From Crocosphaera sp. XPORK-15E (GTDB lineage Bacteria; Cyanobacteriota; Cyanobacteriia; Cyanobacteriales; Microcystaceae), in assembly GCF_034931425.1 (NCBI RefSeq), contig NZ_JAYGHQ010000013.1, positions 31,473-95,472 of the forward strand: 64,000 nucleotides of DNA. The letters run 5' to 3'. Shown here one piece after another: positions 18,664 to 28,750 of this stretch. A program made the translations under genes and the position numbers. The notes below the pieces were generated by a model. It had not been told where the DNA came from. It did no database searches and was given only the letters and a program-made list of their open reading frames with translations. Every line of letters starts with the position of its first letter. Positions within the stretch are counted from its first letter, which is position 1.

Positions 18664-21564
18664 ATGACATCAATTTGGGGTTCTCTAGTAATTTTTATCC
18701 TTTGTCCTCTCCTTGGGGGACTGCCTATTATTGAGTGGTTAACTTATATTTTTACTGGACAAAAATTGTCGCAACTAGGAACAGGAAATGTCTCAGTTTC
18801 TGCTGCTTTTTATCATGGGGGAACCTTTGTCGGAATTTTAGCGGCTTTATCAGAAGCAGGAAAAGGAATTATTGCTATTTTATTAGCCCGTTATTTTTTT
18901 CCCGTGCAACCAATATGGGAATTAATGGCATTAATTGCCCTAATTATGGGACGATATTGGATGGGAAAAGGTGCCGGAACTACTAATTTATTTTGGGGAA
19001 TGATGGCTCATGATTGGCAAGCAACCTTTTTAACTGCCTTAATAGGTGGGGGCAGTTTTACTATTTTTCGTGATCGTAGCACAGGCCGTTTAGTGGCATT
19101 ATTTTTATTAGCTTTTATCCTAACATTGAGACATCCTAATGATTCAGGATATATTGCCATGGCTTGGAGTTTATCAGGGTTAATGGCTTGGATTTTTGCT
19201 AAAATACCTGATGATTTAGATTTACCAGAAACCGGTGTCAAAACTTCTTCTAGAAAAATGTTTAAATTCTTCCGAGGCGAGAAAGCTATTGTTTCCTTAA
19301 ATCATCAATTAGATGCAACCAAAGTCGGGCAAAAAGCAGCGACTTTATCCTATCTTAAGGGTTTAGGGTATCAAGTTCCTGATGGTTGGATCTTCCTTCC
19401 TGGTGATGATCCACAGCTTTTAATAGATTACCTTGATCCGAGTCCCATTCACCCTCTTGTGGTGCGATCTTCTGCTATTGGAGAAGATAGTGAAACTGCT
19501 TCAGCCGCAGGACAATATCTGACAATTTTAAATGTTACAAATCAAGCAGAATTACAAGCTGCTCTTTTAGATTGTTTAGCTTCTTATAATCATCCTCATG
19601 CCGTTAAATATCGTCGAGATCAAGGACAAAGCGATCAAGGTATGGCTGTCTTAATTCAAAACCAAGTTAAAGGAGTATTTTCTGGGGTTGCTTTTAGTCG
19701 AGATCCTGTTAATCCTCTTAGCAATTTTGTTGTTATAGAAGCCTTACCAGGAGAAGCCAATCAGGTTGTATCAGGAAAAATTACACCTGAACAATATCAA
19801 GTTGAAGTGTACCATAATAACGAAACTGATGCAATTAAAATCAATAATTTAGAATCTCAGGATACAAGAGATGTTCCACCGCAATTAATTGAAAAAGTAG
19901 CAATTTTAGCGAGAGATTTAGAAGCTTTATATCATGGAATTCCTCAAGATATAGAATGGAGTTATGATGGGCAACAACTATGGTTATTGCAAACGCGAAC
20001 AATTACCAATTTACGACCAATTTGGACGCGAAAAATTGCCTCGGAAGTAATTCCAGGGGTAATTCATCCTCTAACTTGGTCAATTAATAAACCCTTAACT
20101 TGTGGGGTTTGGGGAGATATTTTTACTCTAGTTTTAGGCAAAAAAACTCAGGATTTAGACTTCAACGAAACAGCAACTTTACATTATCAACGAGCTTATT
20201 TTAACGCAACCCTATTAGGAGAGATTTTTCAACGAATGGGCCTACCTCCAGAAAGTTTAGAATTCCTCACTAGAGGGGCAAAAATGAGTAAACCATCTTT
20301 AATTTCTACTCTGATTAGTTTACCTGGTTTATTACGTTTATTGGGGAAAGAACGCAAGTTAGAAAAAGACTTTGAAAAGGACAATAAAAGCCTATTTAAG
20401 CCTCATCTCGATAAATTATATAATCAATCGCTGTCTGATTTGTCTCCCCAAGATTTATTAAAGCGAATTGAAAGCATTTTATTATTGCTAAAATCAGCAA
20501 CTTATTATAGTATTTTAGCTCCCTTAAGTTTAGCTTTACGACAAAATTTATTAAAAGTTCCTCCTGAAACATTAGATAACAAAGGAACCCCAGAAATTGC
20601 CTCTTTACAAGCCTTAGAAAAGTTAGCTTTTCAGACGAAAGCTTTAATTAATGGTCGTATAATTGATAATTGTGATGCTTTATTTGAGGAACTTAATCAT
20701 CATCCTCAAGGACAAAAAATTGTCAGAGAATTTAATGATATTTTAGCAAAATATGGTTATCTAAGTGATGTTGCTACGGATATTGCTGTTCCTTGTTGGC
20801 AAGATAATCCTCAAAATGTTAAACTATTATTTACTCAGTTAGTTTTAAAGGATAAACCTGTAGAAATCAACAACAAAAAAATTACAAAAAACTGGAACAA
20901 TAAACAGGTGCAAAAAAGATTAAATCTCAAAGGAAAAGTCACAGAAATTTATTCTCAATTACTCGCTCAACTACGTTGGACTTTTCTCAGTTTAGCTGAT
21001 TTCTTAATTAAACAAGGTATCATTTCACAAACTCAAGACATTTTTTACTTAACCTATGATGAGATTTTTAAAATTATTTCCCATCAAAATGTAGCCTTAG
21101 AGTCAAAGATTTCTGCTAAAATACAGCAACGAAAAGCAGAATTTAGCCAAAACCAAAACCTTGTCACAATTCCCTATATTGTCTATGGAAATATTACCCC
21201 AACTCTTAATCAATTTGAGCCTTCATTATCAATAATTAATCAACAAATAAAAGGAATTGGGGCCAGTTTTGGTCAAGCGGAAGGTTGGATTAAAATTTGT
21301 AGAAATTTCCAAACTTTGGCAGAAATTCCCCCAAATACAATCATTGTTGTTCCCTATGCTGATTCAGGATGGGGCCCCTTATTAGCCCGTGCTAGTGGTA
21401 TCATAGCAGAAGTAGGCGGTTCTTTATCTCATGGGGCCATTGTGGCCAGAGAATATGGAATTCCAGCAATTATGGATGTTCACCATGCGACGGAATTATT
21501 AAGAGATGGCCAACGGGTACGAATTGATGGACAGCAAGGAATTATTGAACTTTTAGAAAGTTAA
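18664..21564 (+). CDS. Fusion protein: an N-terminal PlsY-like (DUF205) membrane domain joined to PEP-utilising enzyme (PEP synthase/PPDK-like) ATP-grasp and mobile domains
   Basis: 966 aa. The N-terminus has a GTGNVSVSAAF...KG motif and about five TM helices. The middle has LDATKVGQKAATLSYL (nucleotide-binding). The C-terminus GWGPLLARASGIIAEVGGSLSHGAIVAREYGIPA is a PEP-utilising mobile domain. Confidence 0.75.
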   Translation: MTSIWGSLVIFILCPLLGGLPIIEWLTYIFTGQKLSQLGTGNVSVSAAFYHGGTFVGILAALSEAGKGIIAILLARYFFPVQPIWELMALIALIMGRYWMGKGAGTTNLFWGMMAHDWQATFLTALIGGGSFTIFRDRSTGRLVALFLLAFILTLRHPNDSGYIAMAWSLSGLMAWIFAKIPDDLDLPETGVKTSSRKMFKFFRGEKAIVSLNHQLDATKVGQKAATLSYLKGLGYQVPDGWIFLPGDDPQLLIDYLDPSPIHPLVVRSSAIGEDSETASAAGQYLTILNVTNQAELQAALLDCLASYNHPHAVKYRRDQGQSDQGMAVLIQNQVKGVFSGVAFSRDPVNPLSNFVVIEALPGEANQVVSGKITPEQYQVEVYHNNETDAIKINNLESQDTRDVPPQLIEKVAILARDLEALYHGIPQDIEWSYDGQQLWLLQTRTITNLRPIWTRKIASEVIPGVIHPLTWSINKPLTCGVWGDIFTLVLGKKTQDLDFNETATLHYQRAYFNATLLGEIFQRMGLPPESLEFLTRGAKMSKPSLISTLISLPGLLRLLGKERKLEKDFEKDNKSLFKPHLDKLYNQSLSDLSPQDLLKRIESILLLLKSATYYSILAPLSLALRQNLLKVPPETLDNKGTPEIASLQALEKLAFQTKALINGRIIDNCDALFEELNHHPQGQKIVREFNDILAKYGYLSDVATDIAVPCWQDNPQNVKLLFTQLVLKDKPVEINNKKITKNWNNKQVQKRLNLKGKVTEIYSQLLAQLRWTFLSLADFLIKQGIISQTQDIFYLTYDEIFKIISHQNVALESKISAKIQQRKAEFSQNQNLVTIPYIVYGNITPTLNQFEPSLSIINQQIKGIGASFGQAEGWIKICRNFQTLAEIPPNTIIVVPYADSGWGPLLARASGIIAEVGGSLSHGAIVAREYGIPAIMDVHHATELLRDGQRVRIDGQQGIIELLES

Positions 21565-23079
21565 TTGATTGGGAATCAAAGCGTTATAACTATGGAAAAT
21601 AAACCGATAAAAAAAGCCTGGCACCAAAAATTAAAACAATTTGACTGGATAATATTAGGATGTATTCTTGTCCTTAGTTTAGTCTTGGGAGGTTTGTTAG
21701 TAAGGGGTGAACAAGTTCCTTTACAAGTGAGTTATTTTAGTTGGGAAGGTAAAAAAGTAGGGGTACAAGATAGAACCTTTAATATCAAATTTAATCGTCC
21801 CGTAAACCAGGATAGTGTTGAAAAGAATTTAATCATTGAACCCCCGCTTCCTGGACGAATTACCTGGCAAGGAAAAACCCTAATTTATACTTTAAATGAT
21901 CCCCCAATTTACGGGACAAACTATCAACTTAAGCTGCAAAATGCTCAAAGAAGCTATGACGAAAACACCATAGAACCTTTTGTGAGTTTGTTTACTACCC
22001 GTGATCGAGTATTAGCCTATATTGGCATTGAAAAAGAAGAAAGAGGTCGCTTAATTCTGTATAATATTACTGATATTAATCAACCCAAAAAGACCATTTT
22101 AACGCCCCGTGATTTAGTGGTGACAAACTTTAAAATTTACCCTGATAGTGAGCAAATTATTTTTAGTGCGTTTGAACCTAGTCTTCGGACTCAAGGAATT
22201 GCAAAACAAGAACTTTATGCAGTAACCACTGGGTTTAATATTTCTCCCTCAATAAACCCTTCTCAAAGAGCAGGAAGACTTAAAAGAATTTTAGACGCAA
22301 ACGATTATCAGAATCTCAGTTTTGACCTTTCAAAAAATGGTAAAACTATCATTGTTTGGCGGATTAACAATAAAAATCAGGCTGACTCTAGTTTATGGAT
22401 AATTCCTGAAGAAGAAAAACCTAGATCCCTAGGAATTCCTGGATCAAATTTTGTCATTTCTCCTGATGGTAAACGTTTAGCTGTCGCACAACAAGGAGGA
22501 ATCAGAATTGTTCCATTAGGATCTGATGCTGGTTCTTCTCAAATTTTACCAAACTATGAAAAAATCTTGGGATTTTCTCAAAATGGAGAAAAACTTTTAC
22601 TGGTAAAAGATAATGTTGATTACACTCGTTCTTTAGTTTTGATAAATAAAAATGCAGAAAAACAAGAACTCTTGAGAACCCCTTATCCTATTATTGATTG
22701 TGAGTTTGAACCTAGGGAAAAACAAAATATTTATTGCTTGAAAACTGACCTAATACAAGGAGAAAATGGACAGTATCACGAAGAACCGTTTCTGTCAGTT
22801 GTTAACTTAAAAACTAAGACAGATTTGCCTTTATTAGCTTTACCAAATTATCGAGATGTTGTCTTGAGTATGTCCCCTGATGGAGTTGCCTTATTGTTCG
22901 ATCAAGTAGTAACAACTGTCCCCCAATCTGAGTATGATTTATTAACATCTGAAAAGCAAGCGATCGCCGATGGACAACTCTGGTTACTTCCCCTACCTGA
23001 ATTAGAAGGAGCGAAAAAATCGATTAAAATTCAACCCCAAGAATTGACCACAGGATTTAAACCTCAATGGCTACCCTAA
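21565..23079 (+). CDS. Membrane-anchored PD40/TolB-like beta-propeller protein
   Basis: 504 aa. The start is 1 nt after the upstream stop. It has an N-terminal TM helix and repeated SPDGKRLAV / MSPDGVALLF motifs. Confidence 0.6.
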   Translation: MIGNQSVITMENKPIKKAWHQKLKQFDWIILGCILVLSLVLGGLLVRGEQVPLQVSYFSWEGKKVGVQDRTFNIKFNRPVNQDSVEKNLIIEPPLPGRITWQGKTLIYTLNDPPIYGTNYQLKLQNAQRSYDENTIEPFVSLFTTRDRVLAYIGIEKEERGRLILYNITDINQPKKTILTPRDLVVTNFKIYPDSEQIIFSAFEPSLRTQGIAKQELYAVTTGFNISPSINPSQRAGRLKRILDANDYQNLSFDLSKNGKTIIVWRINNKNQADSSLWIIPEEEKPRSLGIPGSNFVISPDGKRLAVAQQGGIRIVPLGSDAGSSQILPNYEKILGFSQNGEKLLLVKDNVDYTRSLVLINKNAEKQELLRTPYPIIDCEFEPREKQNIYCLKTDLIQGENGQYHEEPFLSVVNLKTKTDLPLLALPNYRDVVLSMSPDGVALLFDQVVTTVPQSEYDLLTSEKQAIADGQLWLLPLPELEGAKKSIKIQPQELTTGFKPQWLP

Positions 23080-23159
23080 AAAGTCAAGGGACAACAGGGA
23101 ATATATAGGTTAAAATTGAGAAATAGTTGACTTAAGTAAACATCAAGAGGGTTAAGATC

Positions 23160-23354
23160 GTGAATTTAATCTCTATCATTATCTTAGGAATTTATTTGGT
23201 TGGCATCTGGAAATTTGTCTCAGGATATAACAACACTAATTTTAGTCGTCAATTACCGACAAAATTAATCTTAGCTTTGTTATGGCCAGCTTTATTAGTT
23301 ATGAATCCATCCTATCGTCAAAACTTTACTAAAGCTTTAAAAGGACGGAATTGA
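23160..23354 (+). CDS. Small two-helix membrane protein, hypothetical
   Basis: 64-aa hydrophobic ORF with no competing frame. Confidence 0.35.
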   Translation: MNLISIIILGIYLVGIWKFVSGYNNTNFSRQLPTKLILALLWPALLVMNPSYRQNFTKALKGRN

Positions 23355-23364
23355 TTAAAGTTTA

Positions 23365-24135
23365 ATGACAGAAAAATCAGGAAAAATTTGGTTAATTGGG
23401 GGGACAGGAGACAGCGTAAATATTGCATCTGCGATCGCCTCCCATCAATTTTCTTGCATTGTTACAGTCACCACCCTTACGGCCCAAAATCTTTACCCTA
23501 TTATTCCCCAAATAACCGTCAAAGTTGGTAAATTAGAGGCAGCAGAAATCAAGCAATTATGCTATCAAGAAAGTATTCAGGGAATTATTGATGCTTCTCA
23601 TCCTTTTGCCGTTAATATTTCTCAAAAAGTCCTGGAATTTTCTCAACAAGAATCTATTCCTTATTTACGTTATGAAAGACCTAGTTTAAATCCCAATCCT
23701 AATATTATTGAATTAGAGAGTTTTGAGGCTTTAATTAAAGGAAATTATCTGCTAAATAAACGGGTTTTACTAACTATTGGTTGTCAAGCTTTACATCTGT
23801 TTAAGCAATGGCATGATCAGGCTGTTTTATCTGCTCGTATTCTCCCTAAAATTGACTCCTTAGATATGGCATTAAAAGCGGGATTTAGTAACGATCGCTT
23901 GATTGCTTTACGTCCTCCTATTACCCTAGAATTAGAAAGAGCATTATGGCAACAGTGGGACATTAACTTAGTGGTAACAAAAGCATCAGGAAAACAGGGA
24001 GGAGAAGACATTAAAGCAAGAGTTGCTGAGGAATTAGGCATTCCTTTAATTGTGATTAAACGACCGAAATTAAATTATCCTCAACAAACAGAGCAATTAT
24101 CTGATATTATTGAATTTTGTTATCAATATTGTTAG
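23365..24135 (+). CDS. cobK: Precorrin-6A / cobalt-precorrin-6A reductase
   Basis: 256 aa. The N-terminus KIWLIGGTGDS and its length are typical of CobK/CbiJ. Confidence 0.8.
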   Translation: MTEKSGKIWLIGGTGDSVNIASAIASHQFSCIVTVTTLTAQNLYPIIPQITVKVGKLEAAEIKQLCYQESIQGIIDASHPFAVNISQKVLEFSQQESIPYLRYERPSLNPNPNIIELESFEALIKGNYLLNKRVLLTIGCQALHLFKQWHDQAVLSARILPKIDSLDMALKAGFSNDRLIALRPPITLELERALWQQWDINLVVTKASGKQGGEDIKARVAEELGIPLIVIKRPKLNYPQQTEQLSDIIEFCYQYC

Positions 24136-24144
24136 GAATCAATC

Positions 24145-24429
24145 ATGTCTGAATCAATCACCCCTGCTATTAGCGATCGCATTTGTAAACACATGAATGA
24201 AGATCACACCGATGCCATTATTTTGTATGCTAAAGTCTTTGGAAATACCCCAGACACTGAAACAGCGAAAATGGACTCAATTGATCCTGAAGGAATGAAT
24301 TTATCTGTAGAAATTAAGGGAGAAACGATTCCGGTTAGAGTGATATTTGATCATGTTTTAAAAGATGCAGAAGATGCTCATCATACTTTAATTGATATGA
24401 TAAAAAAAGCACGGACTTCTAAAGGTTAG
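24145..24429 (+). CDS. DUF2470-family protein
   Basis: 94 aa with the HMNEDHTDA motif. Confidence 0.6.
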   Translation: MSESITPAISDRICKHMNEDHTDAIILYAKVFGNTPDTETAKMDSIDPEGMNLSVEIKGETIPVRVIFDHVLKDAEDAHHTLIDMIKKARTSKG

Positions 24430-24590
24430 ATATTATCTTAAAAATCATAGACTTGAACCCTAAAGAGTCAAGCTATACAAACAAAGCCTACCAAAACAGG
24501 CTTATAATTAAGCCGTTTAGACAGCCTTTGTTATTATAGAATCAGGCTTGAGCCTGTATATTGTACACAGGTATTAATTCTAGATGACTT

Positions 24591-25028
24591 ATGAATATTA
24601 TTTCTAATTTAAAAACCCTTTATGAAATTGATGATTCTCTCTGGTTAGAAGAAAACATCAAACTGTTGAAAACGAAACAATTTGATAAATTAGATTTGGA
24701 AAACTTGATCGAGGAGTTAGAGGATTTGGGGAGCGAAAAAAAACATAGATTAGAAAGTTTATTAGAGCAAGTTATTAGACATTTTCTTCTCTTAAACTAC
24801 TGGGACTCAGAAAGGGCATATAATAAAGCTCATTGGGAATCAGAAATCGTTAATTTCCAAAACCAACTAGAAACTTACTTAAACACGAATCTTCGCCATT
24901 ACTTACAACAAAATATATCGCGTATTTATGGAAAGACTTTGCGTTATGTTCGCAAAAAGACACAAGACACCGTTACTTTTCCCGATGAATGTCCCTACAC
25001 ATTAAATGATCTTCTTTCTGACTTCTAA
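24591..25028 (+). CDS. DUF29-family protein
   Basis: 145 aa with the [37 protein letters not shown]...DECPYT pattern. Confidence 0.7.
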   Translation: MNIISNLKTLYEIDDSLWLEENIKLLKTKQFDKLDLENLIEELEDLGSEKKHRLESLLEQVIRHFLLLNYWDSERAYNKAHWESEIVNFQNQLETYLNTNLRHYLQQNISRIYGKTLRYVRKKTQDTVTFPDECPYTLNDLLSDF

Positions 25029-25063
25029 TATTGATTCCCCCCTCTAATCGATGTACTTACCTT

Positions 25064-26209
25064 ATGTTTAACTTCGCTCAACCTCTTTATCCCTTAATTC
25101 TCGCTGCTGCTAAAAACAACCCAGAAAACGCCCATCAGCAACTTCTAAAAACCCTAAACTATCTTGATAGCAACCGTCACACTTTTTGGGGACAATGGGT
25201 ACTCTCTCAGATGGAGAGTTCTTTCTGTTTCAATGATCCCCGTCTTCAACAAACATTATGGGGGTTAAACTTTAATAACCCCGTCGGGTTGGCCGCAGGA
25301 TGTGATAAAGATGGAATCGCGGCTGGTATCTGGAGTCATTTAGGCTTTGGCTTTGCGGAAATTGGGGCTGTGACACTTCATTCTCAACCTGGAAACCCCC
25401 TACCTCGTTTATTTCGTTTACCCCTGGATAAAGCCGCTTTAAACCGATTAGGGGCGAATAATCAAGGGGCAGAAATTATCGCCCAAACTTTACAAAATAC
25501 TTGGCAACGTCAACCCCGTCAAATTCCTATTGGCATTAATTTATGTAAGTCGAAAATTACGTCTTTGGAGGCAGCAGCAGAGGATTATGTGGGGAGTTTT
25601 TGTTATCTGGAAAACTGGGCAGATTATTTTGTGGTTAATGTGAGTTCTCCTAATACTCCTGGACTGCGATCGCTACAAGAAGGGGAACAATTAAACCTTA
25701 TTTTAGACGCATTACAACAAGCTAATAAACAACATAAACCCCTATTTGTTAAGATTTCTCCTGACCTAACTTGGGAAGGGATTACCATCATTATTAACTT
25801 AGCTAAAACCTACAATTTGGCGGGGATTATTGCCACCAATACTACCATAAAACGGGAGGGTTTAAAGACAAAAATTCTCGAAAAAACAGGCAATCTAATT
25901 GATCAGGAAGCAGGGGGAATTAGTGGCCAACCTATTCGCCAACGTTCAACTGAGGTGATTCGATTTATTTATGAACAAACTCAAGGAAGATTACCAATTA
26001 TTGGGGTTGGGGGAATTTTTAATGCTGACGATGCTTGGGAAAAAATTACCGCAGGAGCCAGTTTATTACAATTATATACAGGTTGGATTTATCAAGGGCC
26101 TTGGATGATTCCGCAAATTAATAAAGAGTTAATTACTAAGTTAGAAAAACACGGATTTTCCCAGATTTCAGAAGCCGTTGGCACTTCGGTTATTGATAAA
26201 AAAGTTTAG
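25064..26209 (+). CDS. pyrD: Dihydroorotate dehydrogenase (quinone)
   Basis: Motifs [15 protein letters not shown] and [13 protein letters not shown] are present. The start was chosen at MFNFAQP rather than the TTG-extended track ORF at 25031. Confidence 0.85.
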   Translation: MFNFAQPLYPLILAAAKNNPENAHQQLLKTLNYLDSNRHTFWGQWVLSQMESSFCFNDPRLQQTLWGLNFNNPVGLAAGCDKDGIAAGIWSHLGFGFAEIGAVTLHSQPGNPLPRLFRLPLDKAALNRLGANNQGAEIIAQTLQNTWQRQPRQIPIGINLCKSKITSLEAAAEDYVGSFCYLENWADYFVVNVSSPNTPGLRSLQEGEQLNLILDALQQANKQHKPLFVKISPDLTWEGITIIINLAKTYNLAGIIATNTTIKREGLKTKILEKTGNLIDQEAGGISGQPIRQRSTEVIRFIYEQTQGRLPIIGVGGIFNADDAWEKITAGASLLQLYTGWIYQGPWMIPQINKELITKLEKHGFSQISEAVGTSVIDKKV

Positions 26210-26437
26210 GTTAGATTCTAATCTTAAAAACCAATTTTTATCTAATAATTGCTCTAAAATATAGGGACATTCTTGAGGAAAATCTACAGAAAATCCCGTT
26301 TTTTCTTGAACATACTCTAAAGCATCTTGATAGATTACCGTTAATTCATTGCCTAAATAATTGTGTAGATTAGTGGTTAAGTATTTTCGTAATTTAGGAA
26401 GATTAGGAGAATCAATTAGTATTATTAAAGATGGCAA
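26168..26437 (-). pseudogene. C-terminal fragment of a second DUF29 gene
   Basis: 89-aa ORF ending ...DFPQECPYILEQLLDKNWF, matching only the C-terminal half of DUF29. It overlaps the pyrD 3' end. The N-terminal half is absent or lies in another frame. Confidence 0.45.
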
Positions 26438-26583
26438 AGTTGTTACTTTAACGGCTGAACAAATCCCACCTTTAACAGAATATAGTCTTTAAGAATTCCT
26501 TGGATGATTTGTCGGGAATCTTGAACAGTTGCTTTCAGTTTGTTAAAGATGCTCATAGTTAGTTAATTGAATAAGTTGATAGA

Positions 26584-28653
26584 TTAGAAATCATTTACAA
26601 GCTGCTCGATTTGCTTGCTAAATTGTTGTAGTTCTTGAGATTTTTGAGTAATCATAGTTTTGTTGGTTTGACGTTTTTCTATGGTTTCTTGATAGAGTTT
26701 TTCTTGTGCTTCTAACATATTTTCATAAAGAGATATGAATTCTGTGATAATGCTATCTGCTTTTTCCACTCGCTGATCAATAGTTGAGAACACTATCTCA
26801 TCAAGTTTCTTTTTCATAGGGTCTAGGGATTTTCTAAAAGACTTCCACCCTTGCTCAAAAATTTTCTTTTTAAGTTTGATTTCTTTGTCCTTATCATGTT
26901 TTCTACTAAACCCGTCTATTCCAAAACCAGCAACCGATATAACTAAAAAGAAAGACCACACAGGCCATGCTAAAGGGGCTAATGCTAAATGTAAGAAACC
27001 CGCTACACAAGCACCTACTACATCAGCACCTATTTTTAATCCTCCAAAAATAAACTCTGTGTCAATTTGGCCAAGAGTTATATTCAGTTCGTTAGTTAGA
27101 TTACTTTTTATCTGCTGATCTATTCCATCTATACCCGTTTTAATTTTGTCAAACTCTAGCTTTAAATGATGGTCTAGAATGAGACAATTCTCTTTAATAA
27201 TAGGAATTAAATCGTTTTTTTCAAAATTAGTTATTTCACATTTTAAATCTTCAAAAAATTGCTGTTGATAATCTTTAATAACAGCTTTTTGATTCCAAAA
27301 CATTGAATGTGAAGAATTCCAACGAATAACTTTATCAGTCAATCTATTTTTTAAGTTTTCTTTTCCCCAATTGTCTAAAGCTTCGTGAAGCTTCTCTTTG
27401 ATTTGTTCGGAAGTTTCAGAAGCAAGTTTGTTGATTCGTCCGTCACAACCACTGACTTGACCTATTTGTTCTATCACTTTTTGCTTTTCAGCTTCATATA
27501 TATTTAACTTGTTTTCAAAGTCTTGGTCTGTTTGTCCCAATTGTTTTATACTAACTTCAACTAAATTATGTATTTGATTAGGAACTTTCTGAAATTTTAG
27601 TAAACCCCTATCTTTAGCCAGGAAAGTCTCAAGAGACTGGGTAAAATATTGAAAATTATCTAAATGTTGGCTATCAGATTGTTCAATAATTGCCTTTAGA
27701 ACTTTTTGAGCAGATAAAAAATGAATTCTGTTTTCACCAGCTATCAGAGCAGTTTCTCCCAAACAAATTCTTTCAATTCGTTCTTTAACGTCTTGACGTT
27801 CTTGTTCTTCTTCATCATCCAAAAGATCCCATTTATTAACCACAAGAAAAAGATTATGAGCAGGTTGCTTTGAATTTCCCCCATTGAGAGAGGTTTTTAA
27901 TTCTTGAATAAGTTCTCGTTCTCCTTGCGTTAAAGGACGAGAAGCATCTGTTAAAAAAATAATAGCATCTATATCTTCAAGGAGTTGTTTCGTAACAGCA
28001 GTACGGTCAGGATGTTCATTTAAGCCTGGAGAATCAAGAAACGTTACTCCATTTTTACATAATTCTAAATTGGGATGCTCAAAAATAATTTCCTTAATTT
28101 GATTTTTCTTCAGTCCTTCGCTGGCACTATCTAAAGCGATATCTTTATCAATAGACGCTTTTTCTTGATACTGTTCTAAGGAAATATTTTCTTGTTTCCC
28201 ATTCTTATATACACAGATAACTCGCTTTTGTTTGCCATATTTGAGAACACTGACAGTTCCACTACAAGGAATCGTTCTAACAGGTTGAATTTTTTCCCCT
28301 AATAAGGCATTTAATAAAGTTGATTTTCCTTGGCTAAAGTCCCCCACAACAGCTACTCTAAATGCGTCTGAATTTAGGAATTGACGAATTTTTTCTAAAT
28401 CTTGAATCTGATCATGAGCAAGAACTCCCCCTTGATTACAGTCCATGAGAGTAAGAAGCATTTGATGACATAAAGATTCAATCTTTTGCCGATAAACTTG
28501 AAATTTTTCTAATTCTTTATAAACTACGTTCCCTTTTTTATCTAGAGCATTAGGTTTAGCTTGTGAAAAAAATGAAAAAATATCAACTAGCGTTTTATTC
28601 ATGGGGATCTGTTTATCGAGTGGGTTTCTGACTCTAACATTCCCAGATGTCAC
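26584..28653 (-). CDS. Bacterial dynamin-like protein (BDLP; large membrane-remodelling GTPase)
   Basis: 689 aa. G1 is VVGDFSQGKSTLLNAL, G3 is FLDSPGLNE and G4 is VVNKWDL. There are long helical stalk regions and a C-terminal hydrophobic paddle/hairpin ADVVGACVAGFLHLALAPLAWPVWSFFLVISVAGF. Confidence 0.85.
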   Translation of the reverse strand: MTSGNVRVRNPLDKQIPMNKTLVDIFSFFSQAKPNALDKKGNVVYKELEKFQVYRQKIESLCHQMLLTLMDCNQGGVLAHDQIQDLEKIRQFLNSDAFRVAVVGDFSQGKSTLLNALLGEKIQPVRTIPCSGTVSVLKYGKQKRVICVYKNGKQENISLEQYQEKASIDKDIALDSASEGLKKNQIKEIIFEHPNLELCKNGVTFLDSPGLNEHPDRTAVTKQLLEDIDAIIFLTDASRPLTQGERELIQELKTSLNGGNSKQPAHNLFLVVNKWDLLDDEEEQERQDVKERIERICLGETALIAGENRIHFLSAQKVLKAIIEQSDSQHLDNFQYFTQSLETFLAKDRGLLKFQKVPNQIHNLVEVSIKQLGQTDQDFENKLNIYEAEKQKVIEQIGQVSGCDGRINKLASETSEQIKEKLHEALDNWGKENLKNRLTDKVIRWNSSHSMFWNQKAVIKDYQQQFFEDLKCEITNFEKNDLIPIIKENCLILDHHLKLEFDKIKTGIDGIDQQIKSNLTNELNITLGQIDTEFIFGGLKIGADVVGACVAGFLHLALAPLAWPVWSFFLVISVAGFGIDGFSRKHDKDKEIKLKKKIFEQGWKSFRKSLDPMKKKLDEIVFSTIDQRVEKADSIITEFISLYENMLEAQEKLYQETIEKRQTNKTMITQKSQELQQFSKQIEQLVNDF

Positions 28654-28750
28654 TAAAAAATTAACAACATTCCCAAAAAATACGGATGAGTTAGCGAACC
28701 TAACCGATTAATCTGAAAAAAGATGTTCTTTACACCAGGAAAACGGCAAA

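Noticed and set aside
15379-19241. Track ORFs 15379-15591(+), 18735-18986(+) and 19008-19241(-)
   Set aside because: They are shadow ORFs inside the GH-like gene and the PlsY-PEP fusion gene.
23817-27118. Track ORFs 23817-24041(-) and 26876-27118(+)
   Set aside because: They lie inside the cobK and BDLP coding regions on the opposite strand.
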